Assembly (NCBI GenBank): GCA_964389305.1 | Contig: CAYMEK010000007.1 | Span: forward strand, 12,911 to 76,910 | From: an uncultured Spirochaetaceae bacterium | GTDB lineage: Bacteria; Spirochaetota; Spirochaetia; SZUA-6; DRHE01 | Reading direction: 5' to 3' | DNA: 64,000 bases | In this document: piece by piece, positions 1 to 9,204 of the stretch | Layout: each line of letters begins with the position of its first letter | How positions within the stretch are numbered: position 1 is the stretch's first letter | The notes under the pieces: model-generated | Databases searched by the model: none | What the model saw: the letters and a program-made list of their open reading frames with translations, nothing else | What the model was told of the DNA's origin: nothing | Position numbers and translations under genes: made by a program

Positions 1-483
1 TATGGCCACCATCTGCTTCTCGCCGCCACCGATGGCCTGGGGGTACTTGTACAGATACTCCTCCGGCGGCAGATCCACTGTCCTGAGGAGCTCTCCGATC
101 CTTTCCAGCCGCTCGGTGTTGTTGCTGTGGATTCGATGTACTTTCAGTGGTAAGCTCAGGGTTTCCTTTATGCTCCAGCACGGGTTCAGAGAAGACCCGG
201 GGTCCTGGAACACGATGCGGATGTCCCGCTTCAGGCGTAGGGGCCGCCTGCTGGAAACCACCCCTATGTCTTGACCCCTGAAAAGGATCCTTCCCGAGGT
301 AGGCTTGTAGATGCCGACGAGCGTATGAGCTACGGTGGTCTTCCCCGAACCCGATTCGCCAACCAGACCGAGCGTCTCGCCCTGCCGGACCGAGAAGCTG
401 ACGGTGTCCACTGCCCGTACGGTCCCCGCTTTGGTGGGGAAGTACTTCTGAAGCCCTTCGACGGTCACGATATCCTGCGGCAA
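1..483 (-). CDS. Peptide/opine-type ABC transporter ATP-binding protein (DppF/OppF-like), 5' part only; gene runs past window start
   Basis: Not in the ORF track because there is no stop in the window. My minus-strand translation from TTG at 483 (preceded by GAGAGGAG) reads LPQDIVTVEGLQKYFPTKAGTVRAVDTVSFSVRQGETLGLVGESGSGKTT... (Walker A). It stays open to position 1 and follows the DppD-like gene directly. Confidence 0.85.
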   Translation of the reverse strand, partial: MPQDIVTVEGLQKYFPTKAGTVRAVDTVSFSVRQGETLGLVGESGSGKTTVAHTLVGIYKPTSGRILFRGQDIGVVSSRRPLRLKRDIRIVFQDPGSSLNPCWSIKETLSLPLKVHRIHSNNTERLERIGELLRTVDLPPEEYLYKYPQAIGGGEKQMVAI

Positions 484-502
484 CTCGGCTAGCTCCTCTC
501 GT

Positions 503-1489
503 CTATCTCCCCTCGTAAAGAAAACAGGCGACATTGTGGCTGTCCCCTATTTTGAAAAACGGGGGCCGTGTCTTTGTGCAGACAGGCAGAGCCCGGCTGC
601 AACGTGGGTGGAACCTGCATCCCGCCGGGGGATTGAGGTAGTTGGGGATCCTGCCAGGAATGCCCTTGCTTACACCCTCGCCGGTGAGCTTGGGCACGGT
701 CTTCAACAACGCCTGCGTGTAAGGATGCAGCGGTTGGGCAAAAAGCTCCTTTGTCCTGGCTTCCTCCACGATATTTCCGGCATACATGATGCACACCCGG
801 TCGGTCACGTTCCTTATCACGCCCAACGAGTGGCTTATCAGCAGAATCGAAGTGCCTTTTTTTTCTACCAGATCATCCAGACGCTTTAAGATCTGATCCT
901 GGATTGTGACATCTAGATTCGTTGTGGGCTCGTCGGCCAGCAGCAGTCTGGCTTCGGTACTGAAAGCCTCGCTGATACAGACCCTCTGTCTCATGCCTCC
1001 GCTCAGCTGAACAGGATAGTTGGTCAGTATCCTCTCCGGGTCGGGCATGCCGGTTTCCTTGAGCACGGCAACGGCCTGTTCACGGATTGCCTTCCGCGAC
1101 CGCTGATCCCGGGTCTTGCCTTTGGCCAATTGTTTCAAGATGTCCTCGAGCTGGTAGCCGACCGTAAAAACCGGGTTAAGGGCCGAGAGGGGGTCCTGAA
1201 AGATGGCGCTGATCTGTTCCTTGCGCAGCCCCCGAATCTCACGGGGCTTCATCTTGAGGATGTCCTTCCCCTTATATACGATTTCGCCGCCACGGATCTC
1301 CGCGGTAGGCTTGGGTAAAACTTGGAGGATCGACTTTATCGTGGTCGTCTTCCCGCAACCCGTTTCTCCCACTAGACTTACCTTCTCTCCCTCGGAGATG
1401 GCGAGCTCCACTCCGTTCAATACCTTCAGCATGCCCGCGAACGTCCTGTAGTGAACGTGCAGGTTTTTTATGATTAGAAGCGGTTTCAT
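503..1489 (-). CDS. Peptide/opine-type ABC transporter ATP-binding protein (DppD/OppD-like)
   Basis: ORF 503..1603 trimmed to the internal ATG (MKPLLIIKNLHVHY) just downstream of the permease stop. Walker A GETGCGKTT, signature LSGGMRQR, Walker B LLLADEPTT, C-terminal GCRFHPRC motif typical of oligopeptide-type ATPases. Confidence 0.9.
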   Translation of the reverse strand: MKPLLIIKNLHVHYRTFAGMLKVLNGVELAISEGEKVSLVGETGCGKTTTIKSILQVLPKPTAEIRGGEIVYKGKDILKMKPREIRGLRKEQISAIFQDPLSALNPVFTVGYQLEDILKQLAKGKTRDQRSRKAIREQAVAVLKETGMPDPERILTNYPVQLSGGMRQRVCISEAFSTEARLLLADEPTTNLDVTIQDQILKRLDDLVEKKGTSILLISHSLGVIRNVTDRVCIMYAGNIVEEARTKELFAQPLHPYTQALLKTVPKLTGEGVSKGIPGRIPNYLNPPAGCRFHPRCSRALPVCTKTRPPFFKIGDSHNVACFLYEGR

Positions 1490-1497
1490 CTTTGCTG

Positions 1498-2388
1498 CTA
1501 GACTTCCTCCACGGCAAACATGTCCCGCAGACCGTCGCCCACCAGATTGAAGGCCAGGATTATGGTCACGATTGCTAGTGCCGGGAATATGGTCATCCAC
1601 CATTCGGCTGGCAATCTCTTCGCCCCGTCGGCCACCATCGTTCCCAACCCGGGTTTGGGAGGCTGTACTCCCAGACCGATAAAGCTCAACGAAGCGCCCA
1701 GGGTGATAACGAATCCCATATCCAGCGTTATCTTCGTCAGCAGAGGCCCCACACAGTTCGGGAGGATCGATCGGCCGAGAATATGCGCTCTGCGGGCCCC
1801 GGTTAGCTCGGCCTCCACCACAAAGTATTCATTACGCAATGAAGCGGTGATGGAATACACCAGCCGGCAGTACCAGGGCCACCACATCAGTGATATGGCC
1901 ATCATTTGGTTGCGGATGTTGGGACTGAGCATGGCGGTTATCGCCAGCGCCAGAATCAGGGGAGGAACCGCAAGAAAGATATCCGTGATCCTCATGATCA
2001 CGGTCTCGAGCTTCGTCCTCTGGTAGTAGCCGGCGACCAGGCCCAGGACGACCCCTGGTGGTACGCTCAGGCTTATGACGACCACCGCCAACATCAGGGA
2101 AAAGCGATATCCGAAAATCACCCGGGTGAACACATCCCTGCCCACAGTGTCCGTCCCAAAGAGATGCTTGGCGCTTGGCGGCTGGCTGGATTCACTGAAG
2201 TTGGCGTAGGGGCCGGCATGCTCGGGATAAGGCGTGATCCACGGGGCGAGGATGGCGGCCAGGCTGATAAGAATGATGATCATCAGCCCAACGACGGAGA
2301 GGCCATTGCGGGTGAACTTGTACCACCCTTTGGACAGTCTTCGGCCTCTTCGCGACCAGGCCGTCAGGAGGAGCTCTCGCATCCGCAT
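1498..2388 (-). CDS. ABC transporter permease (DppC/OppC-like)
   Basis: 296-aa ORF with several hydrophobic spans and an EAA-loop-like ELTGARRAHILGRSILPN. Tightly packed between the permease and ATPase genes. Confidence 0.9.
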   Translation of the reverse strand: MRMRELLLTAWSRRGRRLSKGWYKFTRNGLSVVGLMIIILISLAAILAPWITPYPEHAGPYANFSESSQPPSAKHLFGTDTVGRDVFTRVIFGYRFSLMLAVVVISLSVPPGVVLGLVAGYYQRTKLETVIMRITDIFLAVPPLILALAITAMLSPNIRNQMMAISLMWWPWYCRLVYSITASLRNEYFVVEAELTGARRAHILGRSILPNCVGPLLTKITLDMGFVITLGASLSFIGLGVQPPKPGLGTMVADGAKRLPAEWWMTIFPALAIVTIILAFNLVGDGLRDMFAVEEV

Positions 2389-2391
2389 GAT

Positions 2392-3411
2392 CTATTCTCC
2401 CTTTCCTCGTAGACGTATCCTGGGATCGAGGAACGACACGACAATATCGACAAGAACATTCGCCACTGCAAAAGCGACCCCTATAACCAGGACCACCGCC
2501 ACGATGGCATTCAGGTCCTTGTTTAGCATCACGGTGACCGCGTAGCGGGCAAATCCCGGCCACATGAATACCAGCTCCACGAGAAAGGCATTGGCGATGA
2601 TGAAGGCGACGTCCAGACCCATGATCGAGACGGTCGGTATCAGGGAGGGTTTGAGCAGGTATTTGAAAATGATGGATCGCCTGGGAATACCGTACACGAT
2701 GTGCGCCGCCACGTAGTCCTTCTGCAGGTTGTCGACTATTGAGGAACGAGTGACCCGGCTCTCCTGAGCCAGGTTGGCTATCGCCAGGCTTACCGCCGGC
2801 AGAATAAGGTGGCTCAGAGCGTTCAGAGCAATACGGGGGTGACCTGTTATCAGGGCGTCGAAGATAAAGAAGCCTGTGATCCTGGGTGGAGGGCTCAAAG
2901 TCAGGCTGATTCGCCCGATAGCGGGCGCCAGGCCTAAGAGATGGCTGAATATGAACAGAAAAAAGATGGCCAGAGCAAACGGGGGAGTGGCAATTCCTCC
3001 GTAGGAGACCAGCCGCGACAGGCCGTCGAACCAGGAGTTTCTGAAGAAACCGGCGAGCACCCCGGTCACCTGCCCGACGACCAGGGAGATCAGAAAAGAG
3101 CAGAACACCAGCTCCAGGGTGGCCGGAAGATAGTCATTCAGGTCTTCCATGACCGGACGGTGCGTGTACAGCGACACTCCCGCGTCCCCGCGTACCATGC
3201 CTCGAAGCCAGAAGTAGTATTGCACCGGAAACGGTCTGTCCAGGTGGAGCTCTTCTCTGAGCTTCTGGACCTGCTCCTTGGTGGCCAGAGAGCCGAGCGC
3301 TACCCGCGCCGGGTCGCCCGGCACCACCCGGGCTATAAAGAAGATGAGCACGGAAAGGCCGAAGAGTACAACAATGGTCTGTACCAGCCGCTGCAGTATG
3401 TATTTAATCAT
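2392..3411 (-). CDS. ABC transporter permease (DppB/OppB-like)
   Basis: ORF 2392..3426 trimmed to MIKYILQRLVQTIVVLFG, a typical DppB/OppB N-terminus. Polytopic membrane protein. Confidence 0.9.
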   Translation of the reverse strand: MIKYILQRLVQTIVVLFGLSVLIFFIARVVPGDPARVALGSLATKEQVQKLREELHLDRPFPVQYYFWLRGMVRGDAGVSLYTHRPVMEDLNDYLPATLELVFCSFLISLVVGQVTGVLAGFFRNSWFDGLSRLVSYGGIATPPFALAIFFLFIFSHLLGLAPAIGRISLTLSPPPRITGFFIFDALITGHPRIALNALSHLILPAVSLAIANLAQESRVTRSSIVDNLQKDYVAAHIVYGIPRRSIIFKYLLKPSLIPTVSIMGLDVAFIIANAFLVELVFMWPGFARYAVTVMLNKDLNAIVAVVLVIGVAFAVANVLVDIVVSFLDPRIRLRGKGE

Positions 3412-3443
3412 GACAGTCTTACACACTCTCTGGCATGGAAACG

Positions 3444-3472
3444 GGGAGGATGAGATGCACGCTCATCCTCCC
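3444..3472 (-). terminator. Intercistronic stem-loop between the binding-protein and permease genes (partial terminator or mRNA stabiliser)
   Basis: Perfect 11-bp stem GGGAGGATGAG / CTCATCCTCCC with a 7-nt loop. On the transcribed strand it is followed by CGTTTCC, a weak U-tract. Confidence 0.5.
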
Positions 3473-3507
3473 GGATAAATCGCCCCAAGTATTACGCTCC
3501 TGTTAAG

Positions 3508-5163
3508 CTACTTTTTCGTAAGATCGATCCTCCAGTTGTGCAGGTTGGCGGTCGGACCTACGATAGGGAACTTCTCTTTCGGACCTATGATGTACGTCTG
3601 GCTGGTGAACTGTGCGGGAATCTCGTAGGGATAGAGCGCAAGAGCCACAGAAGATATTTTCTCCTGAAGCTGGCGGTAGATCGCTGTTCTGGCATCGAAA
3701 TCCAGGGTGTTTCGAGCCTTGTCGATCAACGTCCCGATCTCTGCGTCTTTGTACCAGTGCGCGCTGTAGATCCCTCCGACATTATCGGGGTGGTACATGT
3801 AGAAAAGGAAAGAATCCGGCGATGGATACACTACGGGGAAGATGAAAATCGTCATGTTGGGTGTCGTATCCGCGGCTCCACATTCCGCCGAGTACTGTGC
3901 CCAGGGAGGACCGGCGATTTCCATCTTTATTCCCAACTTGGCCAGGTCAGCCTGCAGTTGCAGTCCAATCTCCTCTTCCGCTTCCAGACCTGCACAATAG
4001 TGAAAGACAACCTTCACTTCTTCGGGCTTGTACTTCGACAGTGCCAGCTCCTCTCGTGCCTTTGCCAGGTCCTGCTTTCTCGGTTGCGGGGGGACCTTAA
4101 CATATCCGGGCAGCCCAGAGGAATAAATACCCGCTTCCCGGGCGCCGAAGGGCTTGTACTCGTTCGTTATTGCTTCGTAATCGAAAGCGTACTGCAGCGC
4201 CCTTCGGAAATGCAGGTCGTCGGTTGGCGGCTTGGCGGTGTTCAACCATATTGTCCAGTCCTGAGTCCACATCGGGTGCAGCTTCAGGCTCTTCGTATTC
4301 ATGATCTCCTGCAGCGTTTTCCGGCTGAAACCGCCGTTGATTTCCAGGTCAAGCTGCTTGCTGTTGAGCATCATCATCAGTGTTGCTGTTTCATAGTTCA
4401 TGATGAAAATGAGCTTCTCGATCGGTACCTGGTTTTCGCCCCAGTCTTCCCAGCCGAGGAAGTAGTCTTGGTAGCGTACTGCTTCCAGGCGTTCGCCCGG
4501 CTTGTGGCTGATCATCCTGTAAGGACCGCTGCCTGCGTCGTGGTCCGCAAGCCACTTCTGTCCGTAGTCGCCGAACTCCCCGTAGTCGCCAGCCGCTTTG
4601 TTCTCGAGCACGAGCTTCTTGCTCACGGGCCAGAACAGGGTAAGGGTGTTTGGGAAGATCGCGTTGGGCTTATCCAGGATGAAATCGACCACGTACCTGC
4701 TGACCACCCGGGCAGTCACTTTTCCCAGCGTACCCGAGTAGCCCTTTCCCATGGCCAGAAGTCTCTGCATGGAGAAGGCCACGTCCTCCGCCGTAAGCTC
4801 GCTGCCGTCATGGAACTTCACGCCTTGCCGCAGGGTGAAGCGCCAGTGGCCGACCTTGCCGTCCACGGCTTCCCATTTCTCGGCAAGATGGGGCCTCAGC
4901 TTGCCGTCGGGCGTCGGGTAGATCAATGGACTGTAAAGATTGTAGACCACCTGGGTATCGTACCAGTCCATGGCCAGGGCCGGGTCCGCGAGAATCACCG
5001 GCATGCCGTTGATGACGGCTACGTTCTCCGCCATCGGCGCGGCCGCTTTCTCTTCTGCCTTTGCCGGCTGTTTTGCCTCTTCCTGTTTGCCCCCACTGAA
5101 GAGCAAAACAGGCGAGACCAGAACACAAGCCAGCAGCAGAAGCACCACGATTTTCTTGGTCAT
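3508..5163 (-). CDS. ABC transporter substrate-binding protein, family 5 (peptide/opine/nickel type)
   Basis: 551 aa with N-terminal signal/lipoprotein-like MTKKIVVLLLLAC. Size and composition are typical of DppA/OppA-family SBPs. AGGAGG lies 8 nt upstream of the ATG. Confidence 0.85.
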   Translation of the reverse strand: MTKKIVVLLLLACVLVSPVLLFSGGKQEEAKQPAKAEEKAAAPMAENVAVINGMPVILADPALAMDWYDTQVVYNLYSPLIYPTPDGKLRPHLAEKWEAVDGKVGHWRFTLRQGVKFHDGSELTAEDVAFSMQRLLAMGKGYSGTLGKVTARVVSRYVVDFILDKPNAIFPNTLTLFWPVSKKLVLENKAAGDYGEFGDYGQKWLADHDAGSGPYRMISHKPGERLEAVRYQDYFLGWEDWGENQVPIEKLIFIMNYETATLMMMLNSKQLDLEINGGFSRKTLQEIMNTKSLKLHPMWTQDWTIWLNTAKPPTDDLHFRRALQYAFDYEAITNEYKPFGAREAGIYSSGLPGYVKVPPQPRKQDLAKAREELALSKYKPEEVKVVFHYCAGLEAEEEIGLQLQADLAKLGIKMEIAGPPWAQYSAECGAADTTPNMTIFIFPVVYPSPDSFLFYMYHPDNVGGIYSAHWYKDAEIGTLIDKARNTLDFDARTAIYRQLQEKISSVALALYPYEIPAQFTSQTYIIGPKEKFPIVGPTANLHNWRIDLTKK

Positions 5164-5299
5164 CTCTTTGCACCTCCTGTTATGAAATTACCGCGAGAAC
5201 GCGAGAACCACGGTCTCGCCTCCCGCGTTATAGCCGCTAAACGAATCGGGCTCATAACTAGCCGGCGAGCCCTCATGAAGACAAGGAGGCCGGATGTGC

Positions 5300-6193
5300 T
5301 CAAATGCGCTCCTTATCCGAGCCGCCAAGCAGCGCGTCGATTCTGGCCTTGTCCTCCTCTTGAAGGGGAAGTCTTGGACCCCGGCAAGAACCGCCGACCA
5401 GTTCTTTCTTGTCGAGCACGTATTTGAGAGTTTGCTGAGTCTTGCCTTCATATTCGAGATACCGAAGCATCGGCAGCATCTCCTTATAGAGCTCCCATCC
5501 GCGCTCCAAATCTCGATGGACCACAATAGAGTCGAAGAGAGCGACAGCCGGCTTCGGCATGATGTTTCCAATGACACACACCCATCCCTTTGCCCCCATC
5601 AGGAACGACTCGTACGCCAAGTCCTCCCAGCCGCAGAAAATCGTAATCCGATCGTCCGTCAGGGTTCGTATCTCCGTGATTCTCTTGATGTCCCCGGTGC
5701 TCTCCTTGATGCAGGCTACGTTCGGCAGCTCGGCAAGGCGGGCGACTGTTTCAGGCTTGATGTCCACCTTGGAGCTCCAGGGATTGTTGTAGACTATGAT
5801 CGGAATCTCGACGGATTCGGAAAGGCGCTGGTAATGAACATGGATTTCAGCCTGGTTTGGCGTGTAGTAATACGAAGGCAGCACCAGGACCCCCGCAGAA
5901 CCCATCTCTTTTGCCTGTCTGGCATAGCGAATGGCTTTGTCGGTCGTCTCCGCCGTGGCGCCGATAACTACAGGCACTCTTCCTCCCACCGTCTCCAGTG
6001 CCGCTTCAGCGACCTTTATCTTCTCCCGGTCTTCAAGACTGGCAAACTCGCCCGTACTGCCCAAAGCTACGATGCCGTGAACACCCTGAGCGACCAACCA
6101 CTCAACGTTCGTGCGGATTCCTGCGTAGTCTACCTCGCCGTCCGATCTGAAAGGTGTGACAATGACTACGTAAACACCTTCAAATGTGTTCAT
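5300..6193 (-). CDS. DapA/N-acetylneuraminate-lyase family class I aldolase-type enzyme (candidate pyrroline-4-hydroxy-2-carboxylate deaminase)
   Basis: 297 aa with a GSTGE motif, VYNNP and CIKEST (Schiff-base Lys region). Overlaps the upstream epimerase gene by 4 nt. Confidence 0.8.
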   Translation of the reverse strand: MNTFEGVYVVIVTPFRSDGEVDYAGIRTNVEWLVAQGVHGIVALGSTGEFASLEDREKIKVAEAALETVGGRVPVVIGATAETTDKAIRYARQAKEMGSAGVLVLPSYYYTPNQAEIHVHYQRLSESVEIPIIVYNNPWSSKVDIKPETVARLAELPNVACIKESTGDIKRITEIRTLTDDRITIFCGWEDLAYESFLMGAKGWVCVIGNIMPKPAVALFDSIVVHRDLERGWELYKEMLPMLRYLEYEGKTQQTLKYVLDKKELVGGSCRGPRLPLQEEDKARIDALLGGSDKERI

Positions 6194-7266
6194 GTTTCCT
6201 CTATCCTCCTGCCATCTTCGCCAATCTGCAACTTCGCACTTGTTGAATCCTCCAGCGTTACACCGAGCAGGAACCCCGCCTTCAGCGGATCGTCCGGGTC
6301 TACAACAGAATGGTTGATCCCGGTCACATAAGCGCTGCCGGTTATCTCCGGAATGACAGCCGGTAATCCCTCGATTTCCGTGCCTTCCACTACGCGAGAA
6401 CGGAAGAGCGTTCCTAAAATGCTCTCATGAATGAATACCTCACCCACCTCGATTTCGCCTTTTGCATAGAGAACCGCCAGCTTGGCCGACGTGCCGGTAC
6501 CGCAGGGAGATCGATCGACAGCTCCCGGGGGAATTATAACGGCATTCTTCAGGTGTGCTTCAGGGTGCTCGGCGGGACCGAAGAACTCGACGTGGGTCAG
6601 TCCACGGATAAAGGGCCTGGTAGGATGCTGCACATCCGTCTGGGCATTGACGGCCTCTCGAACTGCTATTCCTGCATTCACCAGAGTACGGGCATGCTCG
6701 GGTTTGATCGTCAATCCGAGCTGTCTTGCCTCCAGGATCGCATAAAAGTTCCCTCCATAGGCGATATCCAGGGTAATTCGCCCGTATCCGGGTACCTCCA
6801 CATCCATCTCCTTCTTGTAGAGAAAGGAAGGAATGTTCGTGAAGGTGACGCTTCTGGCCACCAGCCCCTCGACCGCGACCTTCGCCGTGACCAGACCGGC
6901 AGGGGTATCGAGCTTGATCACCGTCACGGGCTCCTTGACAGGCACGATCCCCGCTTCGACCATCGCCGTGCAGCACCCCACCGTATCGTGCCCGCACATG
7001 GGCAGGTATCCGCCGACTTCCATGAACACAACTCCTATGTCCGCCTCAGGCCTGCAGGGCTGGGTCAGAACGGCTCCAGACATGACCTCATTTCCTCTGG
7101 GCTCGTAGAGGAGCATAGTTCTCAGGTGATCCATATGCTTTTGCAGGTACAACATCTTCTCGCTCATCGTTTCCCCGGGTATGTAGGGAATGCCGCCGAT
7201 GACGGTTCGGGTTGGCTCACCTGCGGTATGCGTATCGATCGTGCTGATCATTCTGTCGAATCTCAT
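6190..7266 (-). CDS. Proline racemase family protein, Cys/Cys type (candidate 4-hydroxyproline 2-epimerase or proline racemase)
   Basis: 358 aa. Both catalytic positions carry Cys (LPMCGHDTVG and DRSPCGTGTSAK), the pattern of racemases/epimerases rather than the dehydratase subclass. Confidence 0.85.
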   Translation of the reverse strand: MRFDRMISTIDTHTAGEPTRTVIGGIPYIPGETMSEKMLYLQKHMDHLRTMLLYEPRGNEVMSGAVLTQPCRPEADIGVVFMEVGGYLPMCGHDTVGCCTAMVEAGIVPVKEPVTVIKLDTPAGLVTAKVAVEGLVARSVTFTNIPSFLYKKEMDVEVPGYGRITLDIAYGGNFYAILEARQLGLTIKPEHARTLVNAGIAVREAVNAQTDVQHPTRPFIRGLTHVEFFGPAEHPEAHLKNAVIIPPGAVDRSPCGTGTSAKLAVLYAKGEIEVGEVFIHESILGTLFRSRVVEGTEIEGLPAVIPEITGSAYVTGINHSVVDPDDPLKAGFLLGVTLEDSTSAKLQIGEDGRRIEET

Positions 7267-7314
7267 GCTGGTTCCTTTCTCTTGCGTTTACCGACCCTGC
7301 CGACCGAGTCGAGA

Positions 7315-9183
7315 TCACACGGTATCCAGTCCAAGTCGCATCAGCGTCTCTTTTGTCGGAGCGCCCGTCGCTAGGTCCCATCCGCGGGCCTCGTAGTACT
7401 CATCAAGCATTGCCTCGTAATCCGCTATCCCGCATTCTCTGATTTTCTGGTACTTGCCGAACAACGGAACGCTCTTTACTCGCTCCGGCAACCGATCGTC
7501 CTCGCGTGCAAGTCCCTCACGGATGTTGAACAGACGCTGCAGGTTGACAGTCCGTTCTCCCGCAGCCAGCAAATCCCGTGCTGTGTACTCGCGGCCCGTC
7601 AACGCCGAGAGCATTTCCGCATAATGATCCAAAGTCAGACCGGCGTACATGAAGAACTTGCACACACCAACGATATCCGGTACAACCAGTCCGTCCTGCA
7701 GCAGTTTTACCGCCTGTCCTTTTCCCGCCTCCCCCCACCGATCTACGCTCTCAGGATCGGGTAGTCCGTACTTCATCAATCCCCAGTCCATCTTCCCTCT
7801 ATCCCAAGCCATCGCCTCGACCGGATGAATGTGACACATCCCTCGATTGGCCGTACCGTAGGCGAGCGCCAGAGCTTTGCCTGACCGTGGATCGTGGGCG
7901 GGGCCCTCGAGGCCTTTAACGTGAATGGCAAACGCTGCGGCTTTCGCGCCGATTTTCTCAGCGGCTCTGCGCACCCCCTCCGCTAGAATGTCCCCCAACC
8001 CCTTGCGTTCGGCAATCAATCTCACCAGAACGGGCAATACCTCCCCGTTTCCCCATGCCAGGTCCAAGCCGCTCAGCTCGCCGCCGGAAATCAGTCCGGC
8101 CTGGCAGCATTCCACGGCAAAGGCGATCAGCGCCCCGGTACTGATCGTATCAAGGCCCAATTCATTGCAGAGGTAGGTGCTGTGCACCGCAGCGTCCAGA
8201 TCTTCGTTCAGAACATAGGCAGTGAAGCAGGAAATCGATTCGTATTCCGCTCCACCGTGCAGCGGCGTCTGGTACGCTCCTCCATCCACGCGAACCTTTC
8301 TTCCACAGGCGAGGGAGCATCCCCGGTAGCAGCCGTAGCTTCGCACCAGGTTTCCGCTCTGAAAAGCGTCAAACAGTTGAGCGCCCCTGCCCCACGAGTT
8401 GGACTGCCAGTTCTTGGTCGGCCAGTCTCCGCCTTCATCGTTGCCGGGCAGGTCCCCCATAGTGCCGGACTCCCGGAAAGCGGCGGACGCGGGGCTGCCT
8501 CTGAGAGCCGCAAACGCCTCTTTGAGAGCCCTTTTCAACCGCTGCGGGTCCGCCGCCTCCACTGAGTGCGAGCCTCCTACGGCAATGCCGAGCAGGCGCT
8601 TCGACCCCATTACGGCGCCCGCGCCGCCCCTGCCGGCGGCCCGGTCTTCGGACATCACGCTGGCGAATCTGACCCGGTTTTCACCGCCCGGCCCTATGCA
8701 CATGATCGAGGCTCTTTTATCCCCGAGCTCGCGGCGCATAAGATCTCTCTTTTCGCTGGTGGTTTTCCCCAGCAAGCGGCCTGCCGGTCTGATCTCCACT
8801 TCGCCGTCTCTCACCACCAGGTACACGGGCTGCTCCGAGCTGCCCTCTACGACTAAGGTGTCGAATCCCGCTCTCTTGAGGTCCGGTCCGAAGTCTCCTC
8901 CGCAGCGCGATTCCCCCCAGGCCCCGGTCAGCGGCGACTTGAAGCAGAGCTCTACGCTGCCTCCGCCAGGAATCCTGTTCAACGACAGCGGACCGGTGCA
9001 AAAGACCAGCTTGTTCTCTGCTCCCAAAGGGTCCGTTCCCTTGGACAGCTCTTCGTACAACAGCCTGGCCCCGCAGCCGACGCCCCCGACATACAGCCGG
9101 AGGGCCTCGGCATCAACTGGCTCTGCCCGGCTTCTTCCCGTGGTGAGATCTACTGTCAACCGGCGACTCGTGCCTCCGTTCAT
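7315..9183 (-). CDS. Aldehyde:ferredoxin oxidoreductase family (tungsto/molybdopterin, AOR)
   Basis: 622 aa with AOR-like N-terminus (RLTVDLTTG...LRLYVGGVGCGARLLYEE), a Cys cluster GCYRGCSLACG and GLDTISTG. Length and layout fit the AOR family. Confidence 0.85.
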   Translation of the reverse strand: MNGGTSRRLTVDLTTGRSRAEPVDAEALRLYVGGVGCGARLLYEELSKGTDPLGAENKLVFCTGPLSLNRIPGGGSVELCFKSPLTGAWGESRCGGDFGPDLKRAGFDTLVVEGSSEQPVYLVVRDGEVEIRPAGRLLGKTTSEKRDLMRRELGDKRASIMCIGPGGENRVRFASVMSEDRAAGRGGAGAVMGSKRLLGIAVGGSHSVEAADPQRLKRALKEAFAALRGSPASAAFRESGTMGDLPGNDEGGDWPTKNWQSNSWGRGAQLFDAFQSGNLVRSYGCYRGCSLACGRKVRVDGGAYQTPLHGGAEYESISCFTAYVLNEDLDAAVHSTYLCNELGLDTISTGALIAFAVECCQAGLISGGELSGLDLAWGNGEVLPVLVRLIAERKGLGDILAEGVRRAAEKIGAKAAAFAIHVKGLEGPAHDPRSGKALALAYGTANRGMCHIHPVEAMAWDRGKMDWGLMKYGLPDPESVDRWGEAGKGQAVKLLQDGLVVPDIVGVCKFFMYAGLTLDHYAEMLSALTGREYTARDLLAAGERTVNLQRLFNIREGLAREDDRLPERVKSVPLFGKYQKIRECGIADYEAMLDEYYEARGWDLATGAPTKETLMRLGLDTV

Positions 9184-9204
9184 CGGTCTGCTTCCAGCCC
9201 CCTT

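Noticed and set aside
3538-5427. 629-aa plus-strand ORF
   Set aside because: It is antisense to the family 5 binding-protein gene, has no motifs and has Arg/Leu/Val-rich shadow-frame composition.
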